Shown here one piece after another: positions 1-11,263 of a DNA stretch of 64,000 nt. This DNA comes from Lobosporangium transversale (taxonomy: Eukaryota), in assembly GCF_002105155.1 (NCBI RefSeq), contig NW_019029016.1:248001-312000 (forward strand), given 5' to 3'. Position 1 is the stretch's first letter, and every line of letters starts with the position of its first letter. The position numbers were made by a program, and so were the translations under genes. The notes below the pieces were generated by a model. That model ran no database searches. It was given only the letters and a program-made list of their open reading frames with translations, and was not told the origin of the DNA.

Positions 1-21
1 AGCGACCATAATTACTCCATT

Positions 22-1149
22 TTGGCCATCGGCGATTTGGTTCCCGAAGATACAGGCAATGGCGACCCAACCCCCTTTACCGATTCCACGAACATGTGTT
101 CTTCCTCCACCAGGAAGCGACGCGCACATCCTGCTCAAGAATCCACACTGGGGCCTTACCGCGTGGAGAGTAAGAGGACGAGGATGCTCATAGATGGCCT
201 CTCGCCAGCGGTGACTGAGTTTATCTGTGCTCACAAAGGATCCAAGAGCACCAAGCGAGAGTACGAAAAGCATCAAGCTGAATTCGTCACTTGGCTGAAA
301 GAGGGCTCGTTCGAACAAGGGATTAACCCCGCGATCCCAGTAGTGAACTGGCTACACTACGTGCGGGTCGCTCGCAATTTGAAGTGGTCCACGCTGATGA
401 CCATGAAGTCGGCTGTCCTCGCCCTATTTCGTGACCCAGAGAGAGTACGATCAGATGAATACTACCGCCAGTTCCTCAAGGCTGGAAAGCAAGAAGGTGT
501 CGTTGAGTCCAGGTCTGGTCACTTTGACATCACACCTGTTTTGGACCATTTTCGGCAGTCATCAGCAAATATGGAGTTGCCTTTTGAGGAGCTTACATGG
601 AAGCTGTGTTGGCTCTTAGGCGTCTGTGGCTTCATGAGACCAGACGACATCAGATGTGTAGATGTCAGTCTCTCCAAGATTGTGTTAGGGAAGCTTCAGC
701 TTGTTGTTGTTTTCCCAAAAGAGAAGAGTGATGGGCAACGTATCATTAAGCATGTGACCATTGGTTCTCACTTTGACAAGAAGCTATGCCCTGTCGACGC
801 ATACACCGCTTACCTGGACAGGCTGTCTTGTCCTTCCACTACCTCTCCTCATCCGAAGGACCCAACAAGAAGCATTGTACCTTTGATTAGATTTGTGAAA
901 GACCACACCCAGCCGGCGCGTGCGACTACTATTGGCTCCCACATGGGTAGGATTTCTTCGCTGATGGATTTAGGAGACAAGAAAGCTCCTAAGCTCCGAG
1001 CCTTAGGTTCTACGCTCGCGGCTATAGCAGGCGTACCAGTGGCTGATATCATGGTGCAGGGGAATTGGTCGTCCCCGAAAGTCTTCGAGAAGCACTACCG
1101 TTTGTCGAGTGCCACCTCCAACAACATGTCCATGAGCACTCTAGGCTAG
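22..1149 (+). CDS. Tyrosine recombinase of DIRS-A (frame continues upstream of the window)
   Basis: YR motifs GFMRPDD (catalytic R), LCPV, KLRALG, GNWSS, FEKHYR (catalytic Y). Confidence 0.9.
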   Translation: MAIGDLVPEDTGNGDPTPFTDSTNMCSSSTRKRRAHPAQESTLGPYRVESKRTRMLIDGLSPAVTEFICAHKGSKSTKREYEKHQAEFVTWLKEGSFEQGINPAIPVVNWLHYVRVARNLKWSTLMTMKSAVLALFRDPERVRSDEYYRQFLKAGKQEGVVESRSGHFDITPVLDHFRQSSANMELPFEELTWKLCWLLGVCGFMRPDDIRCVDVSLSKIVLGKLQLVVVFPKEKSDGQRIIKHVTIGSHFDKKLCPVDAYTAYLDRLSCPSTTSPHPKDPTRSIVPLIRFVKDHTQPARATTIGSHMGRISSLMDLGDKKAPKLRALGSTLAAIAGVPVADIMVQGNWSSPKVFEKHYRLSSATSNNMSMSTLG

Positions 1150-1239
1150 ATTTTCTTTAGTTAGTTGTTCATTTCGTTCAGTTTTCTTTTAGTTTTAGTT
1201 TTGTTTTAGTTTAGTTCTCTTTGGCGATCCCTCTGGAGC

Positions 1240-1524
1240 CACATACGGACATGGTACCGTAGACAATGGTCTACTGAATGGTCTACGAAGGACGACCTAT
1301 TCACATTGTCATAGGTACCATGGACGTATGTCCCACCCACACCACCCCTTTTTGGCTCGAGAAGTAGATGTAGATCAGAGTTGCAGGGCAGAGGGATCTT
1401 TTTATTTAGTTTATTTTTCTTTATTTCTCGTCGGATTTTCAATGAAGAAAGGTGACACACATACGTCCATGGTACCTATGACAATGTGAATAGGTCGTCC
1501 TTCGTAGACCATTCAGTAGACCAT
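1240..1524 (+). repeat. DIRS-A internal complementary region (1240-1331) and right ITR plus extension (~1366-1524)
   Basis: The 3' part of the ICR is the reverse complement of ~1459-1524. Its 5' part is complementary to the left terminus seen at ~33056-33083. Confidence 0.9.
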
Positions 1525-3362
1525 ACCCCTTTATCATAGGGATGGATTTATTTTATCAGCTTGGATTTGGACTCTCAGGCTGCCACAATCCAGGGCAAGA
1601 TGCTATCCAGTTACCCGAACCTGAGGAAGATAAACGTCCCTCCCTCATCCCTGGTTCTATACCAGTAGAAGAGCATACCAAAACATTTATCATTGAGAAA
1701 AAAGTGTTTATGAAAAAGATCTCACGTCCACTAGTCGACAATGCCCGGATACCTAAACAGAGCTCATGCCCCGTACCGGAAATGAAAGTATTTTTACCAA
1801 TCCCAGAGGGTACAGTCCTCTATAGGCGATCACGTCCTTTTGCTGAAAAACAAATGTCCATCCTCAATGAAGCCATAGAAAAATGGTTGATAGATGACGT
1901 TATCACACTTGCCCCTGTAGGCAATGTGCACAATAATACTCTTACACTCACAGCAAAGAAAGACCAAAATGGCAATAAAACGTTATGGCGAGTATGTCTT
2001 GACCCTCGACCCTTAAACAAACATCTACCAGATGATAACTATCCATTACCTCTTATAAATGATATTATTATTCGTCTCGCTGGCCATGCCATATTTACAA
2101 CTATTGATCTCTCACAAGCGTATCATCGCATGCCAATTAATGAAGCAGATCAACCCTTAACAGCGTTTATGCATCAGGGTAAACAATACATGTTTAAGAA
2201 GGCACCTTTTGGCTTGAAACCATTGTCCAGTCTATTTCAACGAGGAATGTCTCGCATTCTTGGTGATCTTCCTTTCGTCTACAACTTCATTGACGATATC
2301 GTTATTTTTTCAAAGAACAGAGAGGAACATGCCGAACATGTACGCACTGTGATTATCCGTCTCAACGATGCTAAGTTAATCATCAACAGTGGTAAATGTA
2401 ATTTCTACAGTACGCAAATTTCATTGCTCGGCTTCATAATAGGCCTGCATGGTAAAAGTGTTGACCCCTCTAAATTCGCAAATATCGATGATTGGGAGCC
2501 TCCAACTACTGCCAAGCAAATTCAATCGTACTTAGGCACATTCAACTTTTTCCGCGAATATATACCACTCATTAGTGAAGTTGCTGCACCCTTGGATGCT
2601 CTGAGATGTCGAACAGACACTTTCACATTGAATGAAGACCAGTTACTATCTTTTAATGCCTTAAAGCCCTTGCTTACTCATGCACCAGTATTATCCTTCC
2701 CCAATTTTAATCACCCGTTCTACGTCGCGACGGATGCATCTGATGTTGGGATTGGTGCTGTACTGTATCAATTACCCCGAGGCATAAATCATCCGAAAGA
2801 TATAAATTATATCTCATTCATGGCACGATCACTACATCAAAGCGAACGAAAATACAGCGCAACAAAGAAGGAACTCCTGGCCATTGTCTTTGCTCTTAAC
2901 AAATTCCACTACTATTTATGGGGTAGACATTTCGATCTGTACACAGATCATCGTGCATTAATGTTTATTCATTCTCAACCTGATATGAATGCCATGATGA
3001 CTAATTGGCAGGACGTAATATTACGATATTCATTTACGGTGCATTACCGACCAGAAGTACTCAATGTTCTACCTGATGCTTTATCACGTCTATTCCCAGC
3101 ACGCATGACTCTAAGACAACAAGCACTAGATGTGCATAATGAACCTATGTTAGCATACATCCATGCTATTCAAGATTCTGACAATCCACGAAACATTGTA
3201 CCCGAAGTAAAACGGCGAGATGTCATGTACCGCGCTCATGCGATGGGCCACATCGGCACTAATGCTATGGTTAAATCTATCCATTCTGATGGCAAAACAT
3301 GGCCACATCTAGCAAAAGGCTGTACTGATTTATCAAACGATGTCAATCATGCCAACGTATGA
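1525..3362 (+). CDS. Gypsy-1 pol: protease C-terminus, reverse transcriptase, RNase H, start of integrase zinc finger
   Basis: Motifs WRVCLDPRPLN, IDLSQAYH, APFGL, FIDD, TDASDVGIGAVL, YTDHRAL, HAMGH. A frameshift near 3330 separates HH from CQSC. Confidence 0.9.
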
Positions 3363-4570
3363 ATATTGCGAAAAAGGGTTACCACCCACTGAAAGCCATT
3401 CATGCCCAATTACCAGGAGAACATGTTGCTATTGATATAGCTGGCCCTTTCACAACATCTGAGAAGAACAACTCTTACCTGTTAATTATCGTTGACGTTT
3501 GTACCCGCTTTGTATTACTTGATGCACTACCTGATAAATCTGCTCTTACGGTTGCTACGGCGCTGTTTAAGCGATTTACAGACATCGGTTTTCCTCGGAT
3601 CATTCAGTCCGATAACGGCAAAGAGTTTGTCAATGAGCTACTACGCATCATTACCTCGCGAATGTTTATTGATCACAGACTAATTACTCCTTACCATCCC
3701 CGAGGCAATGGTGTAGCTGAAAATCATGTTAAAACTGCATGCCAAATGATTAGAAAACAAATAAGACACGACAACAAACAATGGGATAATCATGTTCCGT
3801 TTGTCCAACTAAGTGCTAATACTCGTATAGTCAGCCTCCACAACTCCTCTCCTTTCTCTCTATTTTTTGCGCGCAAAGCCAATGGCTTCAGCAACTATAC
3901 TGATGAAGATGGGAAACCTATGAGTCAAGAAGAGTTACTTGAAAGGCTCAAATACATGACAGAAATAGTCTTCCCTGCAATTCGACGCAAGTCTAAACGA
4001 ACTCAGCAGAAAATGATAGAGCGATTTAATGCTACGGTACTTTTGAATGAGTTCCCTGACGGAGCTAAAGTCATGACTCTCGATCCAATCCGTGGTAATA
4101 AACTTACCCCACGTTATGAAGGACCCTACACTGTTGTGAACAAGAGTTCTCATGGTTCCTACATACTCAAGGATGGCACAGGTGCAATTCTGGCCAGACA
4201 TTATGCTCCATCTCAATTGAAACTCGTACTTGATGACTTTGAAGACACGGACACATATGAAGTGGAAACTATAATTGATCATCGGCAAAATGCCTCGTCC
4301 CCTCATGAGTATGAATACCTCGTCAAATGGAAAAATTATCCACATGATCTCAATACATGGGAACCTGAAGAACACTTCATTGAACGACAATGTATAACTG
4401 AATATTGGGCCAATCATCACGCCTCTAAGATTGTTAATGCTAGCCCCAAACGACCTCATAATTCCCTATCAGAACCTGTTGACTCGGTGCAGAATGTGTC
4501 GCCAACGTCTGATGACCATACATCTGTCAGAAAAACCTCTCGACCTAAACGTCGACGCATGCGTCGTTAG
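3359..4570 (+). CDS. Gypsy-1 integrase core, GPY/F motif and chromodomain (separated from pol by a 1-nt frameshift)
   Basis: IDIAGP, SDNGKEF, GNGVAE (DDE triad), YEGPY, YEVETIIDH...YLVKWKNY...NTWEPE. Confidence 0.92.
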   Translation: MNIAKKGYHPLKAIHAQLPGEHVAIDIAGPFTTSEKNNSYLLIIVDVCTRFVLLDALPDKSALTVATALFKRFTDIGFPRIIQSDNGKEFVNELLRIITSRMFIDHRLITPYHPRGNGVAENHVKTACQMIRKQIRHDNKQWDNHVPFVQLSANTRIVSLHNSSPFSLFFARKANGFSNYTDEDGKPMSQEELLERLKYMTEIVFPAIRRKSKRTQQKMIERFNATVLLNEFPDGAKVMTLDPIRGNKLTPRYEGPYTVVNKSSHGSYILKDGTGAILARHYAPSQLKLVLDDFEDTDTYEVETIIDHRQNASSPHEYEYLVKWKNYPHDLNTWEPEEHFIERQCITEYWANHHASKIVNASPKRPHNSLSEPVDSVQNVSPTSDDHTSVRKTSRPKRRRMRR

Positions 4571-4650
4571 ATATATCACGACCGCCTTATTTATACCCAC
4601 CTCAGTATCCATAACAGTAACAATCACAATAAGAGTAATAGCAATAACCA

Positions 4651-4681
<31 letters not shown>

Positions 4682-4718
4682 AATTTTAACAATCATACAA
4701 ATCAACAATCGCAAAGCT

Positions 4719-5210
4719 TTATTTCTTCTCTTTACGGTTGCTATTTCTACTTGAAGTAGGACGCAGATTGTATCTCCTTGACCGTCCTACTTGCTTCTGC
4801 AAATCCTCCACCTGCTTGGTCAGATTTGCAATTATCTCTCCTTGCTCACGCACCATCTTGTAAAGAGCTACGATGTCCAAGACCATCGTGTCTACTTCCT
4901 CCAATACTTTACGGCGCTGATGATGCTGCGCACGTTCAGATTCTCCATCATCCTCCTCACCGCGCTTCCGCACACCAAGCGAAGTCCCTGTGGATGACTC
5001 GGTCACAATAGACCCACCAATCTCTAGAGACAGAGAGCGATCACGATAACGAGGATCCCCTCTCTCTCTCCAAAGTGCATGACGGTCGGCTTGTCTGAAG
5101 GCAGGATCTCTATCATCGTGCTCAAAACTATTCTCCCCACTAGTGAAAGAAAAGTGAAGTTCAACAGGTGAACTTGAAGGTGAACTTTGAGGAACAGTCT
5201 TGGAAGACAT
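4719..5210 (-). CDS. Antisense accessory ORF 1 within Gypsy-1 (Ser-rich N-terminus, basic motifs, C-terminal coiled coil); function unknown
   Basis: ATG 5210 (MSSKTVPQSS), RKR motif, heptad-like IIANLTKQVEDLQKQV, flanking poly(A) tracts, repeated TCATTC motifs upstream. Confidence 0.55.
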   Translation of the reverse strand: MSSKTVPQSSPSSSPVELHFSFTSGENSFEHDDRDPAFRQADRHALWRERGDPRYRDRSLSLEIGGSIVTESSTGTSLGVRKRGEEDDGESERAQHHQRRKVLEEVDTMVLDIVALYKMVREQGEIIANLTKQVEDLQKQVGRSRRYNLRPTSSRNSNRKEKK

Positions 5211-5500
5211 TCTGAATATGTGTATAATGGAATTGTTCACAGGAATATGAGTGTCTTGAAGTTTAGCTGAAAGTGTGAGAATGGCGAAATGAAGAATGAA
5301 GGAATGAAAACGAAATGGCAATCAATTTATGCCCACAAGCATCCATTCACATCCTTTTTCTTCAATTGCCATTAGTCATTTCAAATGGCGTGATGATCAG
5401 AACAAATGAACCAATGAATGAATGAGATTTTGGCATGCATCAAAAAAAAAAAAAAAAAAAAAAAAAAACCCAACAACAAATGTATTTTGAAAACAACACT

Positions 5501-6187
5501 TTATTCTGCAACTGGTTTAAAGGTTCTACACACATCTAACAACAGTGCTGCTCTTTCTTGCAAAAGCTTGCTACGAGGCGACTCTACATCAACTGACTCT
5601 AATTCAGTGAGAACCTTTCGGAGTTGTCGTTCTGACATCCCCAACGTTGACTCTTGACAACTGCTTGACGTTTCTGTCACAACTTCCGTCTCCGTTGCTA
5701 CTGAAGTGACAGCAACCTGTGCATGTTGTGATGCCTTGGCTGACGCTTCTAACCGTTGCCAGTCCGCCTCCTTGACCAACATCAGGTTACGACGTCTCAG
5801 TTGCTTGAACAACGATGGCTCATGTACCCAGAATACGTCAAAATTGTCACGGCTTATAGGTCTACTGTATAAGTCAAGTTTTTGTCCTCCCTCCAGGTAA
5901 AGATACTTGCGAGGTCGCACTTCATCCCCATCCTGATAGAGTGGACTCTCTGTCCGCGCCCTGAAATTGCAGTGTTCACTCTCCAAAAAGAGCTTCTTGA
6001 TCCTGCGCCCATCCCTGGTAGGACGCTCCCATGGTACATAAGAAAACACTGGGTCAGCGGGTGGACCATCAGTAGAAGGTGAAGTCTGGCGACTTGCGCT
6101 CTTATCACTTTCCAATTCCTCACGAGCGCGTTTTTTGCCAGCAACTTTGCTGGTGGAAGAAGAAGCAGTGTTGTTGGAGAAAGACAT
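5501..6187 (-). CDS. Antisense accessory ORF 2 within Gypsy-1 (228 aa); function unknown
   Basis: ATG-started 228-codon ORF with KKRARE NLS-like motif, globular-looking middle and helical C-terminus. TTCATTCCTTCATTCC lies upstream. Confidence 0.6.
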   Translation of the reverse strand: MSFSNNTASSSTSKVAGKKRAREELESDKSASRQTSPSTDGPPADPVFSYVPWERPTRDGRRIKKLFLESEHCNFRARTESPLYQDGDEVRPRKYLYLEGGQKLDLYSRPISRDNFDVFWVHEPSLFKQLRRRNLMLVKEADWQRLEASAKASQHAQVAVTSVATETEVVTETSSSCQESTLGMSERQLRKVLTELESVDVESPRSKLLQERAALLLDVCRTFKPVAE

Positions 6188-6574
6188 AATTCAAGCAATG
6201 CAAAGAATGATAAAATGAGATTTGAAAGCCTGTTTTGTGTTGAGAAGAGTTTGAGTGTCAACAATGTTTTAGGAATGAAGGAATGAAAAGCACAATGACC
6301 CCCAGTTGATTCTCCTCATTGCTTTTCTCATTACAACTCTCCTTCATCCTGATTCGTTCCTGACATTACAAATCTTTTCTCCACATAATCTGATCCTGGC
6401 TGATCTTTCAAACCAATCATCATTGCGAGTTATAATCGTGTCCTATAAGTGCCACTGATTTGAACCAATCATTGAACCTGATTCATGCATGTGTAAGAAT
6501 CTAAAAAAAAAAAAAAAAAAAAAAAGAGAGAGAAACATGATGCTCGGATATTTGAGCAAATTATTTTGTTCCTG

Positions 6575-6606
<32 letters not shown>

Positions 6607-6721
6607 TTTTATGCGCTTACATAAAATAAAGAACTGAGCAATCGCGATCATCCCTCGCGTCCTTTCTCAACCCGCTTGGTGCCTGGAATGTTGTGCTTTA
6701 TTCCTCAATAAAAGAGAAAGT

Positions 6722-7050
6722 TGTTGTATATTTCAATATACAAGATAATAACGGCCCAGCTAGAAGATTAAGAAAAATACTAAAAACGTACTAGGAACAC
6801 ACTAGGGGAATTCCTAAAATTAATACGCTAAGAAAAGTATAATAATAATAAAGCGTCACTAGAGACGCGACAAAACACCGACATGGTTCCTGAATAATCC
6901 CATGTCGCTTCTAGATAGATATGTAGTTACTTGGTACGAGTCTCTCTACCAGAAAATGAATAAATACCCCATGGATGTGGTGTGTGGACCCACATCTTAT
7001 TCTCACTTATCTTAGCTTCTGATAACTACTGTCTAAATATTTTTCACACA
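6722..7050 (+). repeat. Candidate 3' LTR of Gypsy-1
   Basis: TGTTGTA start just after the purine tract AATAAAAGAGAAAG, internal AATAAA, ...CACA end. No partner LTR in the window to confirm it. Confidence 0.3.
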
Positions 7051-7379
7051 CGAAGTATTGTTTTGGAGATGGTGGAGATGAAAATGAAAGACCCGTGCAA
7101 AGACAAGGGTGTGCTACTTTTTGTTCGGTTTTTTATTGGCTTATTATACTGTATTATACATTGCGTGTACTTAATCTTACACAATTACCATTTACCATTT
7201 ACCATTGACCTTCAGAATACACGAGCGTAAAGGTGATCCTTCTGTTGAGGATGCTCCTTCTACCGAAGATAATTCCTCTGTCGAAGACAACTTTCTACCA
7301 CCCGCTAGAAAAAGGTTTCACCAAGATTTCGTTTCGGGTTCCAATATTATGCAATATAGGTACCGGTCAGTTGCCATTA

Positions 7380-8795
7380 TTGCGGTGCCTTCATGTTTAT
7401 TGAAGAATGTGTGTGCAACGCAGTAGTAAAAGCCGACCAGAATTTCCTTTATGCTGTGGGAGAGGTCAAGTGGATATTCCTCCACTTAGCCTTGGTTTAA
7501 CTTCTTGATGGGCAGAGCCGCAAGGTAAGTTATTCCGTTAACACATATAAGCATATAACTGCGCTCTTTCGTTCACGTCCATGGAAGTGAACCTTGATAA
7601 AGACCTTGCGAACAACCTATATGGAGTGTACAGGCTTCGTACCATTGGAAGGGTTGGTACTCTGATTGATCCTATGACGCCAACTGAAGGCGCTGCCTCT
7701 CTGTTCCTGCAGGCTCATGCTCACATTCATGACCCTGCTCAGCAAGCAAGACTCCGTAATAACCATTTCGGGGATTCCTTGATGAAGGCCTGTTGCAGTA
7801 ACCACAGTAGCTCCTTGAACTACACTACCCGATAGCCCATGCGCTCAAAGATGTCAGAGAATGTGCGCACGAGGATATCATGCGGCTGAAGGTCGTCATC
7901 CGTGCTGGGCCTCAGCATGAGGGGAGAGGGCAAAGGCGAATGCAGTACAGGCCCTCTCATCAACTGGAATCGTGCTATCGATGGCTGGCGCCAGTAGTAA
8001 GGTTTCTCAGCAAGGCATCATAATTGAAAGCAGAGCCAGTGGTTTGAAAAAAACCAGTGAGGTTCATCCAGCTCACGAGAGCCTCCATAATAACCTCTTG
8101 CATCCAAAAGGCGAGGACTGGACATATAAAAAATATAAAAAATGGCCTAGGCCAGGTCAAACCTCTGCAGGGCCTCATGGTGACAGCTATGACGGTAGCG
8201 AAAACGGCCAGCTAGAGGTGGATGTAGGTGAGGGCGATGGCCGAGCTAGGAAAAGTCGAGAATACGCCAAGCTGGAGGAGTTTTACACGTACAGGCTGCA
8301 GATTCATCCTTTGAGCTCAACAGACCAGCGATTCTTCATCAGGATGAATACATGCTTGACTTATTAGTACGCTACCGACCAATACAGCAGACTGGGGGTG
8401 GATCGGCTTCAGTTCATCAGCGAATACCAGTCCAAGCTGAAGGCGGATGCATATATCGGTACAATGGGTGCAATTGAGCTGAATCTCAGACCTGAGCTAT
8501 AGTTGCGGAACATTGTCTCCAAGGATGGTTTGTAAATAAGCATCCTCTCATTTACTACCGTATCTTCTAGATATTCTTCCTTATTTTGTATTTTATTTTT
8601 TGTTTATTTTACTGCTGTATACAATTTACCGGATTTTGCTTTATTGTATTTCTATATAGTTTGTAGTTTTTAAAATGGTAAAAAAGATCCCGGTCAATAA
8701 AAATGTTATAGATGGTAACGCTTTATTTTGTCTTCATAAAATTTCTAACGAGGCAAGAGCCGGCCGTGGCGAAGCCACGGTCTCCGGCTCGCTAC
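7380..8795 (+). mobile_element. Degenerate Helitron remnant (N-terminal RepHel fragments plus 3' terminus)
   Basis: Broken-frame similarity to the Helitron N-terminal region (CCGRGQV, YNCALSFTSM..NLDKDLAN...GVY, HPAHESLHNNLLHPKGEDW). 3' hairpin 8757-8790 followed by CTAC. Confidence 0.7.
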
Positions 8796-8799
8796 AATT

Positions 8800-11178
8800 A
8801 AATAGAGGATTTAGCAACAGCAATCAAAAAAATTGTTGATCAATTTTTTGCACCTAGTTCATCTGCGAGAAATTTTCTAGAGGAGTATGTGAGAGATCAT
8901 GGAGAATTACCAGTCACCACAGAGGGTGTCAAGGGTCTTCCAAGAATATCTAGAAGAGGAAAACCACTTGCTCCAATGTCAAGACCAAGTTTACTATTCC
9001 TCGATTTACCAGCATCATATCCAGATGATCTCACACCTAACCGCTTCAGATCAAACGTTATTCTCAACGCGCTGGATAATACAGCATCGCGAGATGTTCC
9101 AGTCTTTGGTGTGAGGTAATATGAAATTTATTTTTTGTTTATTTCAATAGCATTTATCGTCATATCGCGATATTAACCTTTTGATTTTATCCTGATAGTG
9201 GCTGTGGAAAGACTCGGTCAGTCATAGAAGTGCTCTGTCTGCAATGGGGATTTTATTTCAATGCTTCTGATAGAGATTTGGGAAGTGATGATTTATCCTC
9301 ACTATCTGCCTCTATCCTTGATAAGACACAAGATGATGATAACAAGATATCAAACACAGAATCCAATATAAAATTCGCAAAAAGAGTAACACTCTTGTTG
9401 TTCCTCTCACGTCTTTTGATCCTCAACTTTTGCCTTTCAGTCCCAGGATGTCGTCAAACATTTCCCAGTGCGAGATGGGCAATACTCCAAGTATGTCCCA
9501 ACATGTTTGAGGATGTATTCATGAGGTTATTCAAGATATTGTATGATACATTCCATGATCGCAACATATCCATAATCACCTTGACTGCGGTTACAAGAAT
9601 GGAGCTTATATCAGCACGGGAACATCTCCTTGACCTTCAGTATCCAAATTTCACTAGAAAGTCAAAACTTCGGCTTGTTGTGGATGAAGCCCAAATTCTT
9701 AGTGATCAAGGCACTGATAAGTTTGATTCATCAAGCCAAGGCAAGCTGCGGCCAATGCTTTCTCCAATTTTGCATGGATTCAGGCTACCTGACCAAAGAG
9801 AGGAGCTTACTGTCATCTACTGTGGCACAGGTCTCAGTATCCAACTTTACATTGGGCCATGGGCAGTTCAGATGGTACTAAAGAAGGTGATTCACAACTA
9901 TTGCCGCATCTGGATTTCAAAAGATGGAATTGCGAATTATCAATTCAATCATTCATCAATCGTATCAAGGATCAGCTACAAGATGAAGAATCAAAAAAAT
10001 CAATCGATATTCTTTTACCTTCAGAGGCAGTTGATATGCTCTACCAAAGACTCACTGGCAGGTTTAGACCGGTTGTGTTGGCAATTGAGGAAATAATCAG
10101 AGCAGGACAGCCAAACAAATGGGAGAACGCCATTGATACCATTGAGAGTATGTTGTCATCTTATTAAGAGAGCACACGACCAGGCAACATAATCTCTGAA
10201 CTTATTAGGACAACCAACAAAATGAAAAAACATCCAAGCGAGTTCAAGTCATGCCCTTCAATAGAGGTTATATTAGGACTTTTTCTATACCGCTGGTTTC
10301 TACTTGGAGAGAAGGAGTTTGTTCTTGATGATCAAGCACAGCTAGTCGAGGCTGCATTAGGCCGTATTAGGATGCTTGGAGGCAAAGCAAAGACTGTTCT
10401 CGATGAGCCATTTGTCCTAAAATCAGCTATCAACTATTCTAAGGAGATTGATCCACTATTTATGAGTGCTGCAGAGCAGGCAATTCTACACACAACCAAT
10501 GCACAAGCACATAGATCAATGTGGGAGACAATGATGCCAGCTTTCTTTATTGAAACATTCAAAACCAAACCTCTATCTTCTTGGCCACTTTTACCCAATA
10601 ACTGGATCCCAGAGCAGTTGAGTGGAGATGTCAAGATAGTGGGCTACAATGATCAGGACCCTCGTCTTGCAATAACATACAAGGATATAACACTCCAAGG
10701 CTTTTTAGATGTACATTTAAGCAATACCTCAAACCTGCACTTTGATTACACTCCACCATTTTACTTCCCTTCACCTAATGTCAGTGCACCAGATGTTGTT
10801 TTTTTGGTTCAAATCCAGAGTGTGATATACCCTGTTTTTGTTCAATCAAAATTACGCCAAGTTATTCCAAAGCCAGATGCAGATCAAGCTATAACAACAA
10901 CTAGCATTGCTGTTCAAGGAAAAATACAGAAAGAGCAACAGAGTCAAGATCAAAAACGGATTTAGGATTTGTGCCCTTCTGGAATGTATATAAGTATGGT
11001 TCTTGCATACCCACCCGAGGTGATTGCTTTCCAGACTTTCCGACCTGATGCAGATCCTGAACTCAGTGGATTACAGAGAGTTGTTATCAAAGTCGATAAC
11101 AACAATTTCCCTAGTATTTTCCCTGAGCGACATGTTAAGTTCTTGGATAAGCTAAAGAATTTTAAAAGGCGAGCATGA
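8800..11178 (+). pseudogene. Crinkler-like P-loop NTPase plus PD-(D/E)xK nuclease gene, 5'-truncated and disrupted
   Basis: Walker A GVSGCGKT is rebuilt by splicing intron 9116-9198 (GT..AG). Walker B VVDEAQ; C-terminal PDVVF...VFVQSKL. Frameshifts and stops near 8960, 9840, 10167 and 10965. Confidence 0.65.
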
Positions 11179-11263
11179 TCAACAAGGTTCTATAAATGTA
11201 AAGAAGGCTCAATCGAGTTCAGGATAGATTGTTTTTTGATTAAATATATTTATTAAATTTTTA

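Larger units (their letters stand above)
1..1524 (+). mobile_element. DIRS1-like retrotransposon family A, 3' part (YR, ICR, right ITR plus extension); 5' part lies outside the window
   Basis: Near-identical to the reverse complement of the 3' part of the full copy at 28780-33083. Ends ...gtagacCAT at 1524. Confidence 0.93.
1525..7050 (+). mobile_element. Ty3/Gypsy chromovirus-type LTR retrotransposon 1, interrupted in its protease by DIRS-A; 3' boundary approximate
   Basis: Domain order is protease tail (YPFIIGMDLF), RT, RNase H, integrase, chromodomain. A long 3' region carries antisense ORFs, followed by a purine tract at 6707-6720. Confidence 0.8.
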
